Shown piece by piece: positions 8,169-17,513 of a DNA stretch of 34,720 nt. A model generated the notes under the pieces. The model was not told the DNA's origin and searched no databases. It was given only the letters and a program-made list of their open reading frames with translations. Both the position numbers and the translations under genes were made by a program. This stretch comes from a virus (taxonomy: Duplodnaviria > Heunggongvirae > Uroviricota > Caudoviricetes): the IMG/VR virus record IMGVR_UViG_2529293223_000013. One strand, 5' to 3'. Numbering within the stretch: the stretch's first letter is position 1; the number at the start of each line of letters is the position of its first letter.

Positions 8169-9587
8169 ATGACATACGCACTGATTGATAATTCAACTCT
8201 AACTGCAGTCCAAAGAATCGAGGGGAAAGTAAAAACAAGATCGAAGGACTCAGTAGATACAGACATAATAGCATTTGAGAACTATATACAGTCTATTTTG
8301 TTCTATGATCACGTTATCGCGGTTGATGATTATATTCCAGAGTACCGTGGGAGTAGGATTTCAAGTTTCAGAGAGATATTATTTCTTGATAAAGCACAAT
8401 ATGGGTTGGATGAAATTGAAAGTGAAGCAAAAAAAATATCTGATGCATTGAAACCTAAAATTCGTGGTGGAACATTTGTTAATGACGATTTTAAAAAACT
8501 AATTGAACTTCTTCAGACACATATCATATGTACATGGGACATTAGTTCAAGTGTTTATCATCTAACACTGAAGAACTTATCTGATGGAGGTAAGGAGTTT
8601 GAAAAATATGGTAACATTGCTGCTGCCATTTTTTCAGAACTGCGTGATGCTGCTGAGTCTGGTAATAGAACAAATGGCGATGTTGAACTTCTCGATCGAT
8701 TTGGCAACCCTATTCGCAAGGGGTACAAAGTTCCCGGAGCAAAATGGGGGGATGGCACATCTGCTGGTGAAGCATCAGATGCAATCAAAGCATTCGTGGC
8801 TTCGCTTGTATGGCTGGCTAATCGGGCAGTATTTTATTCTCTCACAGCTAAGTACCTTCAAGCAGATACTTTTTTATATCCATTACGTCAGGCGTATCAA
8901 CAGACATATTTAAGCCAAAACTGTCAGTATGGTTTTGACTATGCTAAACATATTGTAGAAAACTTTTCCACTTCGTTAAGTCATGATCTCATTGATATTC
9001 ATTCTGGTGGTAAAGCTGTAGCAACAGCAACTTCGCTTCCTTTATTTTCGGCATGGCTCGCAAAAGAAACTGGTGATCCAAGTTGTATTGTTGAAGCTGC
9101 TTATAACATAAGGGACAACAACGAATTTGTAAGGGCCCGTGAGAAAATGCGAGAAATAAAGCGCTTGTTTGATGAAAATGAATTGCCTCAAGCTAATAAG
9201 TCAGTAAGAGCATTGCTTACTGAAGTATCGAAAGAATCAGATTATATTCGAACTAAGTATGGGCTCAAGACTAGACAAGGTGTACCTGTAACTAAGCTTG
9301 TACATGTATACAATACTGTTGCGGCTATTAATTCCCTTCCGAAACTACCGACCTTTAATTTTAAAGTTAAAGTTCCTGATTTCTTATATGATCTTAAAAA
9401 ACCCAAGGGGTTTCGTGCTCTCTATCGAAATTTGACTAATGATCTTTCTACTGTGTGGTCGTTAGGAGAAGCTCGAGATATTCTTGGAAGTAAAGTTGTG
9501 ATAGATAATCATGCAAGAATTTACAGTCCGAAGCATGAAGAACCGCGTTTCAAAAACTCTCATTCCCCATATAAGAGCCCGATGTAG
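8169..9587 (+). CDS. Uncharacterised 472-aa cargo protein in the FI-G (Z/fun-equivalent) hotspot; function unknown
   Basis: Uninterrupted 472-codon ORF with a Shine-Dalgarno-like AAGGA 7-8 nt upstream of the ATG. Hand counts on two 60-nt stretches give roughly 30-38% G+C against about 53% in a sampled structural-gene stretch. Opposite strand to the flanking late genes. I do not recognise the sequence or any canonical motif. Confidence 0.6.
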   Translation: MTYALIDNSTLTAVQRIEGKVKTRSKDSVDTDIIAFENYIQSILFYDHVIAVDDYIPEYRGSRISSFREILFLDKAQYGLDEIESEAKKISDALKPKIRGGTFVNDDFKKLIELLQTHIICTWDISSSVYHLTLKNLSDGGKEFEKYGNIAAAIFSELRDAAESGNRTNGDVELLDRFGNPIRKGYKVPGAKWGDGTSAGEASDAIKAFVASLVWLANRAVFYSLTAKYLQADTFLYPLRQAYQQTYLSQNCQYGFDYAKHIVENFSTSLSHDLIDIHSGGKAVATATSLPLFSAWLAKETGDPSCIVEAAYNIRDNNEFVRAREKMREIKRLFDENELPQANKSVRALLTEVSKESDYIRTKYGLKTRQGVPVTKLVHVYNTVAAINSLPKLPTFNFKVKVPDFLYDLKKPKGFRALYRNLTNDLSTVWSLGEARDILGSKVVIDNHARIYSPKHEEPRFKNSHSPYKSPM

Positions 9588-9701
9588 CTTAAGAAAAAGA
9601 CACGCCCACCTTGTGCGTCTACTTCTGGCACAGAGCGGACTCTCAGATTAGGCTTTACTCTGTGCCATAGATATGTAAGCTCACACCAGAGCTCATACAA
9701 C

Positions 9702-10229
9702 TTATTGCGGCATTTCCGGCCATTCAGGATTTGCAGGATCCACACGACTGACCAGAACACTGTAGCGTTCCCATGCCTCCAGTCGACTGCGCTCCTCATC
9801 TGTTGCCATATTCAGCCTGACAGCGCGCTCCAGCGGCAAAATCACGGATTCAGCATCTGCAAGAAGTCTGGCTTTCCGATTTTCTGCCTGCTGCTGCAAT
9901 TCCTCTGCCGTATAAATTCGTTTAATCACTGTACAGTCCTTAAACATCCAGTTCCCTGAAATGTCCGCCCGTCGGTTAGCAGTAATATCCGGCACTTCAA
10001 CAACACTTAATCCATCCGGTCTGATAGCTGTCACATCCTTTTCCACATAGCGGATAATATTATCTTTGTCGTACGCTATTTTTATCGTGTCATCAGCAAA
10101 ATACTTTTGTTCTTCGTACCAGTTCTTACCATCTTCTGAAAAAAACCAGACAACATCAAAGTCCTTTGTCAATTGATATTGTTCAACCGTTTTTGGATTA
10201 CCTGCCGTTATATTTATCAAATGCTGCAT
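9702..10229 (-). CDS. G: Tail fibre assembly chaperone (P2 gpG)
   Basis: 175-aa ORF, P2 gpG size, immediately downstream of the tail fibre gene. Confidence 0.85.
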   Translation of the reverse strand: MQHLINITAGNPKTVEQYQLTKDFDVVWFFSEDGKNWYEEQKYFADDTIKIAYDKDNIIRYVEKDVTAIRPDGLSVVEVPDITANRRADISGNWMFKDCTVIKRIYTAEELQQQAENRKARLLADAESVILPLERAVRLNMATDEERSRLEAWERYSVLVSRVDPANPEWPEMPQ

Positions 10230-10232
10230 AAA

Positions 10233-11173
10233 TTATACCTGCGCCACGTTATACCAAGTCCCGTTAATGTATTTCTGCACCGGTCTGTAATATACGCCAC
10301 CAATGTTATCGGCAGAGTTTGAGCCGGTATCCTGAACAATAATGCCGGAATATACACACCCGGACGGTGCCTGATGTGTCCATGTCATACCATTGTTCGC
10401 AGGTTTGTATGTGGCAGCACCACCAAGCCGGATATCCCGGACATAGCGTGAATCAAAGTTGCCATAGTTAGATGGTGATACCTGCCCGTTAACAGCAAAA
10501 GTGATGCTGTTATCTGTATTTCTCTGACTGTAAAAATGCCAGCCTGCATCATCACCTAATTCAGCCACCACAGGACGACTTGAGTTTCCCCACAAATTGA
10601 ATGCGGCTTCCTTCGTGGATGTATTGCTGCTGCTGACCGTGAACTTTTTCCCGCTACCGGCACGTACTTTGGTACTTGAGACAATATCACCTGTAACACT
10701 CAGGCCATGCCCCATTGACACTCCGCCATTGGCGTTATTGATAGTCAGCGGTCTTAAGCCGTTCCATGTCCCAAATTTATCGCCAGAGGCCGTCAGCATT
10801 AAATATGTGCTGCCGCCATCATTCCTGATAAAGAATCCATAATTGCCATAAGCAATGCGCAGACCATTAGCACTGAGTGATGTAATTTCACCTCTTGAAC
10901 GGAGACCATAAGCGGAGCTGAGTGATAATTCTTCCTGAGCGTCATTGTTTCCTGTCGCCCAGCGAATTACCCCGCCCTGAACTGTTTCATGCCAGATAGT
11001 ATCTCCTTCTCCACCACGAAACTTTCTGAGATATTTTTTGCCGCCTCTGGTGCCTGAACATAAGGCCGTAGACATATAGGCATTCTGGCTTCCGCCATCC
11101 TGATTAATCGTTCCGGTCATTGAGTCGCCCTGACGATTCCAGTCACGACGCCAGCCGGGGGAGTAGCCGTCCC
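10233..11173 (-). pseudogene. H: Tail fibre protein H, C-terminal portion (gene interrupted by an IS element)
   Basis: Open frame continues from the IS boundary down to the stop at 10233 (ORF track 10233..11120). Gly/Ser/Asn-rich receptor-binding-like sequence. In frame with the N-terminal fragment once the 1304 bp of IS plus duplication is removed. Confidence 0.8.
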
Positions 11174-12467
11174 CTGAGGGATCCCCAGAAAATTTAGTAA
11201 ACCATTATCATATTGGTATACCGTTGCTGTAGAACTTTCAGCCCTGCGTCAAGTGACAGTGTGTTTAGTATGAGTGGAGAATGTCGAATCACATTCTCCG
11301 CCAGTTTTAATAACGAGATGACTCGCCTGTGCTTCACTGTATTTGCCTGATATTTATGATGTATCCCTTTGTTTTCCAGGCTGAAACCGCTTAACCACAT
11401 AATGATACTGGCTAATGTTGCGATCAGACTCAATACCGTGACCCGCCCGGATGAATGACTGGCACCAAACCGTAGTCCAAATCCCCAGCGAGGATTTTTT
11501 TCATCCCTGAAATTTTGCTCAATTTGCATTCTACGGCTGTATAATTTCATTACCTGTTTTGGCGAGAACTCAGTACTGTTTGTGAAAATAAACCATGGTG
11601 ATTTCCCGGCAGTACGAGCTTTAGCCGTCACCGATGGTCTGGTTGCTCTTTCCTTCGAGCGTTTAAATCTACGACCTTTAGGCTTACTTTTATAAAGATA
11701 AAAATGCCCTTCATGTTGTGCATTTTTATCTCGACCCAGCAGGCCTTCACCTAAATAAATTGCTGTCGTTGATGCTTTTGTGCCTGAGTCCGACACCTTT
11801 TCCCAGCCATTACCAACATTGTAATAATGATTGCCCAGTACCCGGCAAATATAGGTCCAGCCACGGGAGCGGAGCTGTTGGAACCATCGCCCCTGAAAAC
11901 CGGCATCTGTAATAACAATGACATCAGTCCCGGGGGAAAAGCACTCAGCAAGCGATTCCAGAAAACGCTCATGTACATCTGCATTCGCTGTCTGTGATGA
12001 TGGAACGACACAACTCATCAACGGTAAAGAACGCCCGTCACATGCCAGGCTTGCCCGCAAAAGCTGAAAACGAGAGGCATGATAAGCACTCCAGTCAATG
12101 AGTATCACAACACGAGACATTCCCCGCGTAATCTTTTGGGTAATTCGCTGAAAAATGGTGGAAACCTCATTTTGCAAATGTCGATTCCCCAACAGTCGAT
12201 CCACCCGCTTTATTTTGTTTTTAACTGATGCCGTACCGGTTAAATGACGCCCGATACTGGTAAGTGTGAGGGAAGCGCCATTTATTACAGCATTAGTTGC
12301 GTCAATCAGTGATTTTTGACGGTAAAGATGCAAAGGGGCCAGTATGTTGTTAAGGAAATTTTGGCATAATGAACGTGCAGGCATAGTGGTGATCTCCTTG
12401 AAATTGTTAGCACAATCAATTAGATCACATCTCACTATGCCTGTCTTGTTTTCTGGGGATTCCTCAG
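11174..12467 (-). mobile_element. IS4-family (IS10-like) insertion sequence inside tail fibre gene H
   Basis: Terminal inverted repeats CTGAGGGATCCCCAGAAAA (11174..) and TTTTCTGGGGATTCCTCAG (..12467) with one mismatch. Flanked by direct repeats of the target (tagccgtccc at 11164..11173 and 12468..12477, i.e. a 9-10 bp duplication). Encodes a transposase with IS10-like motifs. Element ends are uncertain by 1 bp. Confidence 0.85.
11194..12384 (-). CDS. IS4-family DDE transposase (IS10-like)
   Basis: ORF 11194..12480 (-) with IKRVDRLLGNRHL and YSRRMQIEQNFRDEKNPRWGFGLRF motifs, close to IS10 transposase IKRIDRLLGNRHL and YSKRMQIEETFRDLK. The track ORF starts outside the IS end, so the true start is internal; I place it at the first in-element Met (12382..12384), giving about 396 aa. 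Start codon is uncertain. Confidence 0.75.
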   Translation of the reverse strand: MPARSLCQNFLNNILAPLHLYRQKSLIDATNAVINGASLTLTSIGRHLTGTASVKNKIKRVDRLLGNRHLQNEVSTIFQRITQKITRGMSRVVILIDWSAYHASRFQLLRASLACDGRSLPLMSCVVPSSQTANADVHERFLESLAECFSPGTDVIVITDAGFQGRWFQQLRSRGWTYICRVLGNHYYNVGNGWEKVSDSGTKASTTAIYLGEGLLGRDKNAQHEGHFYLYKSKPKGRRFKRSKERATRPSVTAKARTAGKSPWFIFTNSTEFSPKQVMKLYSRRMQIEQNFRDEKNPRWGFGLRFGASHSSGRVTVLSLIATLASIIMWLSGFSLENKGIHHKYQANTVKHRRVISLLKLAENVIRHSPLILNTLSLDAGLKVLQQRYTNMIMVY

Positions 12468-13855
12468 TAGCCGTCCCCATGATTTATGTAAGTGAATTGC
12501 GCGCTGGTTGTACCGCCACCGCTTGATGTTGTTGGCGTGGTCACTCGGATAGTGATTGCAGATTTAGTTCCCATGACCTCGACGACACAACCAGCCAGGT
12601 GGATATCACCACATCCGGTATCCGTAATGATTTTGTTATTTGCATATGACCAGGAGCCTTTGCACATCCAGTACGGATGATTAAATGCACCACGGGAATC
12701 CAGCCATTCAATAAACTGAGCGGTTGTCCAGTTTCCGGCTTCAGTGCTCAAAGCGCCGCTATAAGCACGACAGGCACCGATATTTTTCGTGAAGGTATCC
12801 TTTCCCGGAATATCCGCACCGTTCTGATCTTTCTGAAGACGTTTTTCAGCATTGTCATAGGCAGACTTCACTGCTTTTGGCGTTGCGGCCAGCGTTTCAG
12901 AATCGCTGTTGATGGCACTACTTAGCTGGACAAGACCTTTTCGCGCTGTGGTGGCATCCTGTGCAGTGTATTTCCCGTTAGCAAGGTCATACGCTGTCTT
13001 AACCGCCTTTGGTGTTGCCGCAAGCGTTTCAGAATCGCTGTTGGTGGCGCTACTGAGCTGGACAAGACCTTTTCGCGCTGTAGTGGCGTCCTGTGCAGTG
13101 TATTTCCCGTTAGCAAGGTCATACGCTGTCTTAACCGCCTTTGGCGTTGCCGCAAGCGTTTCAGACGTGCTGTTGGTGGCACTACTGAGCTGGACAAGAC
13201 CTTTTCGCGCTGTGGTAGCGTCCTGTGCGGTATATTTCCCGTTAGCAAGGTCATAGGCGGCCTTTACCGCTTTCGGCGTTGCGGCCAGTGTTTCAGACGT
13301 GCTGTTGGTCGCACTGCTTAACTGAGTAAAACCTTTTGCGGTCAGCGAGGCGTCCGGGTGACGTCGTGACTGTTCGTGCTCTGCAATTTTGTCATCAACG
13401 TAATCCTGTGTCGCCATCACCGTTGTGGTGTCAATGGTCAGCTCCACCGAGGCCACACTGCTGACGATGATGACCATGCGACAGGTCTGCGAACGCCCTG
13501 AGCCTTCGGCAAGAGCTGGCTTATAACTTTCGGCCATGTTCGCCACGGCAATTAACGTTCCCGCATCATCGTACAGGCCAAGCTCACGCATCCAGAAACC
13601 GCCCACCTCCGGCGGAATAACCAGCTCTGCGATAATATAATTACTGTTTCGTTTGTCCTGGCTGATTTTGTTCAGCGTATGTCGCCAGACTTCGTGGATA
13701 AGCCCGGTCTGTCCGGCATCCGGGACAGGCAATTTACCACCGCCATCCCCGACGGCCATCGTGGTAATGTTGACCTTCCGCCCTCCCGGTGCGGTTGCCG
13801 CTGCCAGCTTTGCTGCACCGGCAGTGGTGATAACGGTTCTGAATTTTGTGCTCAT
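12468..13855 (-). pseudogene. H: Tail fibre protein H, N-terminal portion (gene interrupted by an IS element)
   Basis: N-terminus MSTKFRTVITTAGAAKLAAATAPGGRKVNITTMAVGDGGGKLPVP... is the conserved P2-type H N-terminal domain, followed by four copies of a 44-aa repeat. The track ORF reads on into the IS until a chance stop at 12464. Confidence 0.85.
12860..13340. repeat. About 3.6 tandem copies of a 132-bp coding repeat within tail fibre gene H
   Basis: The CGTTTCAG landmark recurs at 12900, 13032, 13164 and 13296 (period 132 bp) with near-identical units. Encodes repeated KGLVQLSSATNSTSETLAATPKAVKTAYDLANGKYTAQDATTAR. Generates mirror ORFs on both strands in the ORF track. Confidence 0.9.
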
Positions 13856-13865
13856 TATTCCTCAC

Positions 13866-14396
13866 TTATCCGGGGTAAACCGTAATTACATCGCCGTCGT
13901 AAGCCACACCACCGGCGAACAGGTAGCCGGGAATGTCCCGGGTAATGTTCAGGCCAATAAGATGACGGCTTGCAGGTTTGGCATCAGCAATAAGCCGTTC
14001 CATTTCCTGATACATTGCCTCTGTGATGCCGCTTTCCAGTACACCAATATCAAGCCGGAAGGTGCCGGGCGGGTCACTGTTTTCCCACCACTCCGTCACG
14101 TTGATGAGATAGCCGAGCGGCTCCACCACACGCCGGATTGCGCCGATAGTGCCTTTATGACAGTGGATGAAATAGGCATCGCGGATAACGGCGCGTTTTG
14201 TCGCTTCCGGCCACTTTTCATCCCACCTGTCGACCGAAAACGCCCACGCCAGCCACGGCAGCAGATTTGCCGGACAGGTATCCGGGTTCCACAGTTCACG
14301 AATCCTGACCGGCGTTTTTTCAATTTCCGCACAGGCTTGTGCGGCGGCAACTTCAAGCGGTGATGAGCCGGTCGGCAGCAGTCGCGAATCACTCAT
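13866..14396 (-). CDS. I: Baseplate protein (P2 gpI)
   Basis: 176-aa ORF, P2 gpI size, between J and H. Confidence 0.85.
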   Translation of the reverse strand: MSDSRLLPTGSSPLEVAAAQACAEIEKTPVRIRELWNPDTCPANLLPWLAWAFSVDRWDEKWPEATKRAVIRDAYFIHCHKGTIGAIRRVVEPLGYLINVTEWWENSDPPGTFRLDIGVLESGITEAMYQEMERLIADAKPASRHLIGLNITRDIPGYLFAGGVAYDGDVITVYPG

Positions 14397-15297
14397 CCGA
14401 GCCTCCGGTCACGACGCGGTATTCGGTACAGAAAGACGCCTGCGTACTGTTGAGCACGATGTCGGCCAGCGGTGCAGTCAGTTCGACACGCTGCACGCCT
14501 TCCACATGCAAAGCGGCATAAATGGCAGACAGACGGATGTCGCGCCCCAGCCGGTGCTGTGCCGTGATGTACGCTTCCAGTTTTTTCACGGCAGCAGCGC
14601 GTATGGGTTCGCTTTCGGGACCAGGGTAAAGGTAAAGCGTGGCGTTTATCTGGTATTCAACGATGGCGGCAGACTGCACGGTCACGCGGTCGGCCACCGG
14701 CCTGACGTCCTCACCATTAAGGGCGTTACGCACCACCGCCAGCAGGTCTTCGGATGCGACACCGTTATTTTCACGTGACAGCACAGAGATGGTGACGCAG
14801 GCCGGAGACGGACTGGTTACAGAAATATCCGCGACACGCCCGTCGGCACTGCGACCATGATACTGATAGGCCCCCACCGACCCGGCGACGCTTAAACCTT
14901 CAAACGCCTGCTGAATACGCAGACGATAATCCGTGTCAGATTCCATCACTGCCGGTGTCGGCGGGAGGGTCGAATCATCTGCCGGGGTGATAATCAGGCG
15001 CGTGGTGTTGTAATTGGCACCAATCACATCAAGGTCATTACCGGCGGCACAGGCCAGCATTACCGCCCGTGCGGCCTCATTCACACGCTGACGCCAGATA
15101 AGCTCACGATAAGCATTTTCCTCCAGCAGTTTGACGAGAGGCTCGGATTCCAGCGTCAGGGTACGGGCGACCGCCTCCTGCTGGTCTTCCGGGTAAAGGG
15201 AAATCAGTGTCGCCTTGCGTTCGGCAAGAATGGTTTCAAAGTCCAGCTCCTCGACCACATCCGGTGCGGGTAGCTGGTTCAGGTCGATAATCGGCAT
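14389..15297 (-). CDS. J: Baseplate protein (P2 gpJ)
   Basis: 302-aa ORF, P2 gpJ size and position. Confidence 0.85.
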   Translation of the reverse strand: MPIIDLNQLPAPDVVEELDFETILAERKATLISLYPEDQQEAVARTLTLESEPLVKLLEENAYRELIWRQRVNEAARAVMLACAAGNDLDVIGANYNTTRLIITPADDSTLPPTPAVMESDTDYRLRIQQAFEGLSVAGSVGAYQYHGRSADGRVADISVTSPSPACVTISVLSRENNGVASEDLLAVVRNALNGEDVRPVADRVTVQSAAIVEYQINATLYLYPGPESEPIRAAAVKKLEAYITAQHRLGRDIRLSAIYAALHVEGVQRVELTAPLADIVLNSTQASFCTEYRVVTGGSDE

Positions 15298-15301
15298 GGT
15301 T

Positions 15302-15649
15302 TCAACTCACAGGGATGGTTAACGAAAGTGGCTGGCCGGTGTCGTTGTGCTGGCCGGTTAACGTGACCGTCATTCGCCCGTCAAAGCTGCGCGCCGTGGT
15401 GACGGATGACAGGGTGACGCGGGCTTCCCATTTCAGCACGGCCATGTAACAGGCGACCTTAATCTGCAACTCAAGCGCCGGGGTCTGCGGCTGGTCAATC
15501 ATTGACGCCAGCAACGAGCCGTAATCACGACGCATCACCCGTGAGCCGACCGGCGTGCGCAGGATATCGCCGATACTCTGGCTGATATGCTCAAGGTCAG
15601 AGACAGTCAGGCCATCACTGCGATTCATTCCGAGATAACGCGCTGTCAT
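15302..15649 (-). CDS. W: Baseplate wedge protein (P2 gpW)
   Basis: 115-aa ORF, P2 gpW size and position. Confidence 0.85.
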   Translation of the reverse strand: MTARYLGMNRSDGLTVSDLEHISQSIGDILRTPVGSRVMRRDYGSLLASMIDQPQTPALELQIKVACYMAVLKWEARVTLSSVTTARSFDGRMTVTLTGQHNDTGQPLSLTIPVS

Positions 15650-16281
15650 AGAGGACTCCCGGTTGTGCCGCCGCTGTCGCCGGGGTGTTTATGGGTATGC
15701 AGTACCTTCCCGTTTGATGAGAGTTCACCGCCGGTGTGTTCAATGTTGCCGCGCATCGTCCCGCCCTTCTGCACTTCCAGCGTGCCAGTGATCAGCTTGT
15801 TTGTGCAGACCACCTCCGGCGTGTCCAGAGTGACGCGGGTTGATGCTTTCACCGTGACCACCGGCACCGTGGCAGTAACAGAATCAGAAGCCGTCACGCT
15901 GGCCGTTTTAATTCCGCTTACCGTGAGTGCACTGGTTTCAGGTTCATACTCAATCACCGCCCCGTCAGGGAAACGGATATGCAGGGCATCCGCCGACGCA
16001 GACGGCGCGGGGTTATCACCGGAATAAATCCCCGGCAGAACGAACGCCGTGTCGAGTTCACCGCCTACGGCCAGAATCAGCACCTGTTCCCCCACGGAAG
16101 GTGCCCACCATGTGCGCGAACGTCCGGCGCGATGGGTCAGCCACTGAAGCCAGTCGGTGCACATGCCGCCGGTCTGCACACGGCAGCGACCGGCATTAAG
16201 GTCGGTTTCGACGATAATGCCGGTGCGGATCATGTTGCGCAGTGCGCGCGCGAGTTCCTGAATATTTGCGAGAGTGTTCAT
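15646..16281 (-). CDS. V: Baseplate central spike protein (P2 gpV)
   Basis: 211-aa ORF, P2 gpV size, first gene of the V-W-J-I-H-G operon. Confidence 0.85.
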   Translation of the reverse strand: MNTLANIQELARALRNMIRTGIIVETDLNAGRCRVQTGGMCTDWLQWLTHRAGRSRTWWAPSVGEQVLILAVGGELDTAFVLPGIYSGDNPAPSASADALHIRFPDGAVIEYEPETSALTVSGIKTASVTASDSVTATVPVVTVKASTRVTLDTPEVVCTNKLITGTLEVQKGGTMRGNIEHTGGELSSNGKVLHTHKHPGDSGGTTGSPL

Positions 16282-16347
16282 AACGGGAAGGATGCCGCCG
16301 GGTCATACCGGCGGCAATGTGACGATGAGGTGTCAGGAATGGCACAA

Positions 16348-16800
16348 CTAACGGTCGAGGTGAGCCAGGATAATCTCTTCAATCATCTGCACATCCTCAC
16401 CGGTAAAGCCGAGCAGGGGACGCGCCGGATAATGAATTTTCTTACCGTCTTTCCGGGTTTCTTCCGACAGACCGAACTGATGCACACTGGCTATTTTCGG
16501 TGACTTCCCGCCGTAAAACTCCATTGATGCCTGTTCAGGGCTGGTGCGGATATGCAAAAAACGACTGGTGATAAGTTTCGCAAACATTTTTCGCTTAACG
16601 CGACCGGTCTTTTTTCTGGCGCTCTGCTGCTGGCGTGGTGCGTAGGGTGTGCCGTCCGGGGCTTTCTGTGCCATCACCCGACGCTGCTGACTCTGACGCA
16701 GACGTTTCGCCAGTTCGGCGCTCAGTCGCCGACGCCCTGACGGTGACAGCGACTCAATAAGTCCGGTCAGCCTGTCTTCAAAACGCTTAAACTCATTCAT
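16348..16800 (-). CDS. S: Tail completion protein (P2 gpS)
   Basis: 150-aa ORF, P2 gpS size and position. Confidence 0.85.
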   Translation of the reverse strand: MNEFKRFEDRLTGLIESLSPSGRRRLSAELAKRLRQSQQRRVMAQKAPDGTPYAPRQQQSARKKTGRVKRKMFAKLITSRFLHIRTSPEQASMEFYGGKSPKIASVHQFGLSEETRKDGKKIHYPARPLLGFTGEDVQMIEEIILAHLDR

Positions 16801-17260
16801 CCCACTTACTCACCAGTTCGCCATTGATATAAAGCTCCATCGGGCGGGTGACCGGCTCCGGCGGCGGAGGTTCCGGGATATTCTTCACATGCAGCGCGCC
16901 GCCAACCTCACTGACCAGCGTGCGCTCGGTCAGCATCAGGCTGATACTGATATCAAAGCTGCTGTCATTGTTGATGTCTGCATAAAACGTGAAGCCCTTT
17001 TTCTGGCCTTCGTCGGTGGTCATGATGTCGGGCTGATTTTCCCGCAGCCACGCCAGCACCGGCACAATGAGCAGGTCAAAATCACCGGTAAAGTCGGTCA
17101 CAATCACATTGAGCGTGTAACGCTTTTCGAATGACAGCGACGTCGCCAGTGTGGAGGCAATACTCCCGTTATCCACGAATATCCGCAGCATATCGGGGTT
17201 AGTTTTCAGCACCGTGACGGCATCAGTCAGCGCCCTGCGCAGGCTGTCGGGTTTGAGCAT
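16793..17260 (-). CDS. R: Tail completion protein (P2 gpR)
   Basis: 155-aa ORF, P2 gpR size and position. Confidence 0.85.
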   Translation of the reverse strand: MLKPDSLRRALTDAVTVLKTNPDMLRIFVDNGSIASTLATSLSFEKRYTLNVIVTDFTGDFDLLIVPVLAWLRENQPDIMTTDEGQKKGFTFYADINNDSSFDISISLMLTERTLVSEVGGALHVKNIPEPPPPEPVTRPMELYINGELVSKWDE

Positions 17261-17513
17261 CGTTTTCGTCCTGACAGTGTTTAATCATTTTTACCTGGCT
17301 GGCACAGCGCGCCAGCGCGTTCTCAAGCTGCCGGATATCGGCACTTAAATCGCCGTTCGTCTGCGGGTCACTGCCCGGCATCGGGCAAAGACTCACTTTC
17401 GGGCAGGCGTTGTGGACAATCACTGGCGTCGGTGCAGGCGGGGCGCTGGTGCAACCGGCGCACAGCATCAGGCAGGTCAGCACCGTACCAGCGGCGAAAA
17501 TCTTCGTTTTCAT
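17223..17513 (-). CDS. lysC: LysC, outer-membrane spanin lipoprotein (Rz1-like)
   Basis: 96-aa ORF with a signal peptide and lipobox (LMLCAGC), Pro-rich. Begins inside lysB in another frame and extends past its end, the classic Rz/Rz1 overlapping architecture. Confidence 0.75.
   Translation of the reverse strand: MKTKIFAAGTVLTCLMLCAGCTSAPPAPTPVIVHNACPKVSLCPMPGSDPQTNGDLSADIRQLENALARCASQVKMIKHCQDENDAQTRQPAQGAD

Noticed and set aside
12464-12480. Apparent overlap of the H ORF (ending 12464) and the transposase ORF (starting 12480)
   Set aside because: Both are read-through artefacts across the IS boundary at 12467/12468. H truly ends at the insertion point and the transposase must start inside the element.
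12909-13256. 115-aa plus-strand ORF with internally repeated sequence (and a mirror ORF at 12922..13254)
   Set aside because: Produced by the 132-bp tandem repeats of tail fibre gene H read in the wrong frame or strand. The repeats are in-frame coding repeats with no interspersed unique spacers, so they are not a CRISPR array.
16282-16347. Candidate Ogr-dependent late promoter upstream of V (TGT...ACA dyad)
   Set aside because: Only a TGT-N10-ACA arrangement was found, not the TGT-N12-ACA spacing I recall for P2 late promoters. I cannot verify the consensus from memory, so no promoter is called.
15979-16503. 174-aa plus-strand ORF spanning the V-S junction
   Set aside because: Antisense to P2-sized V and S genes and crosses their intergenic region; a shadow ORF.
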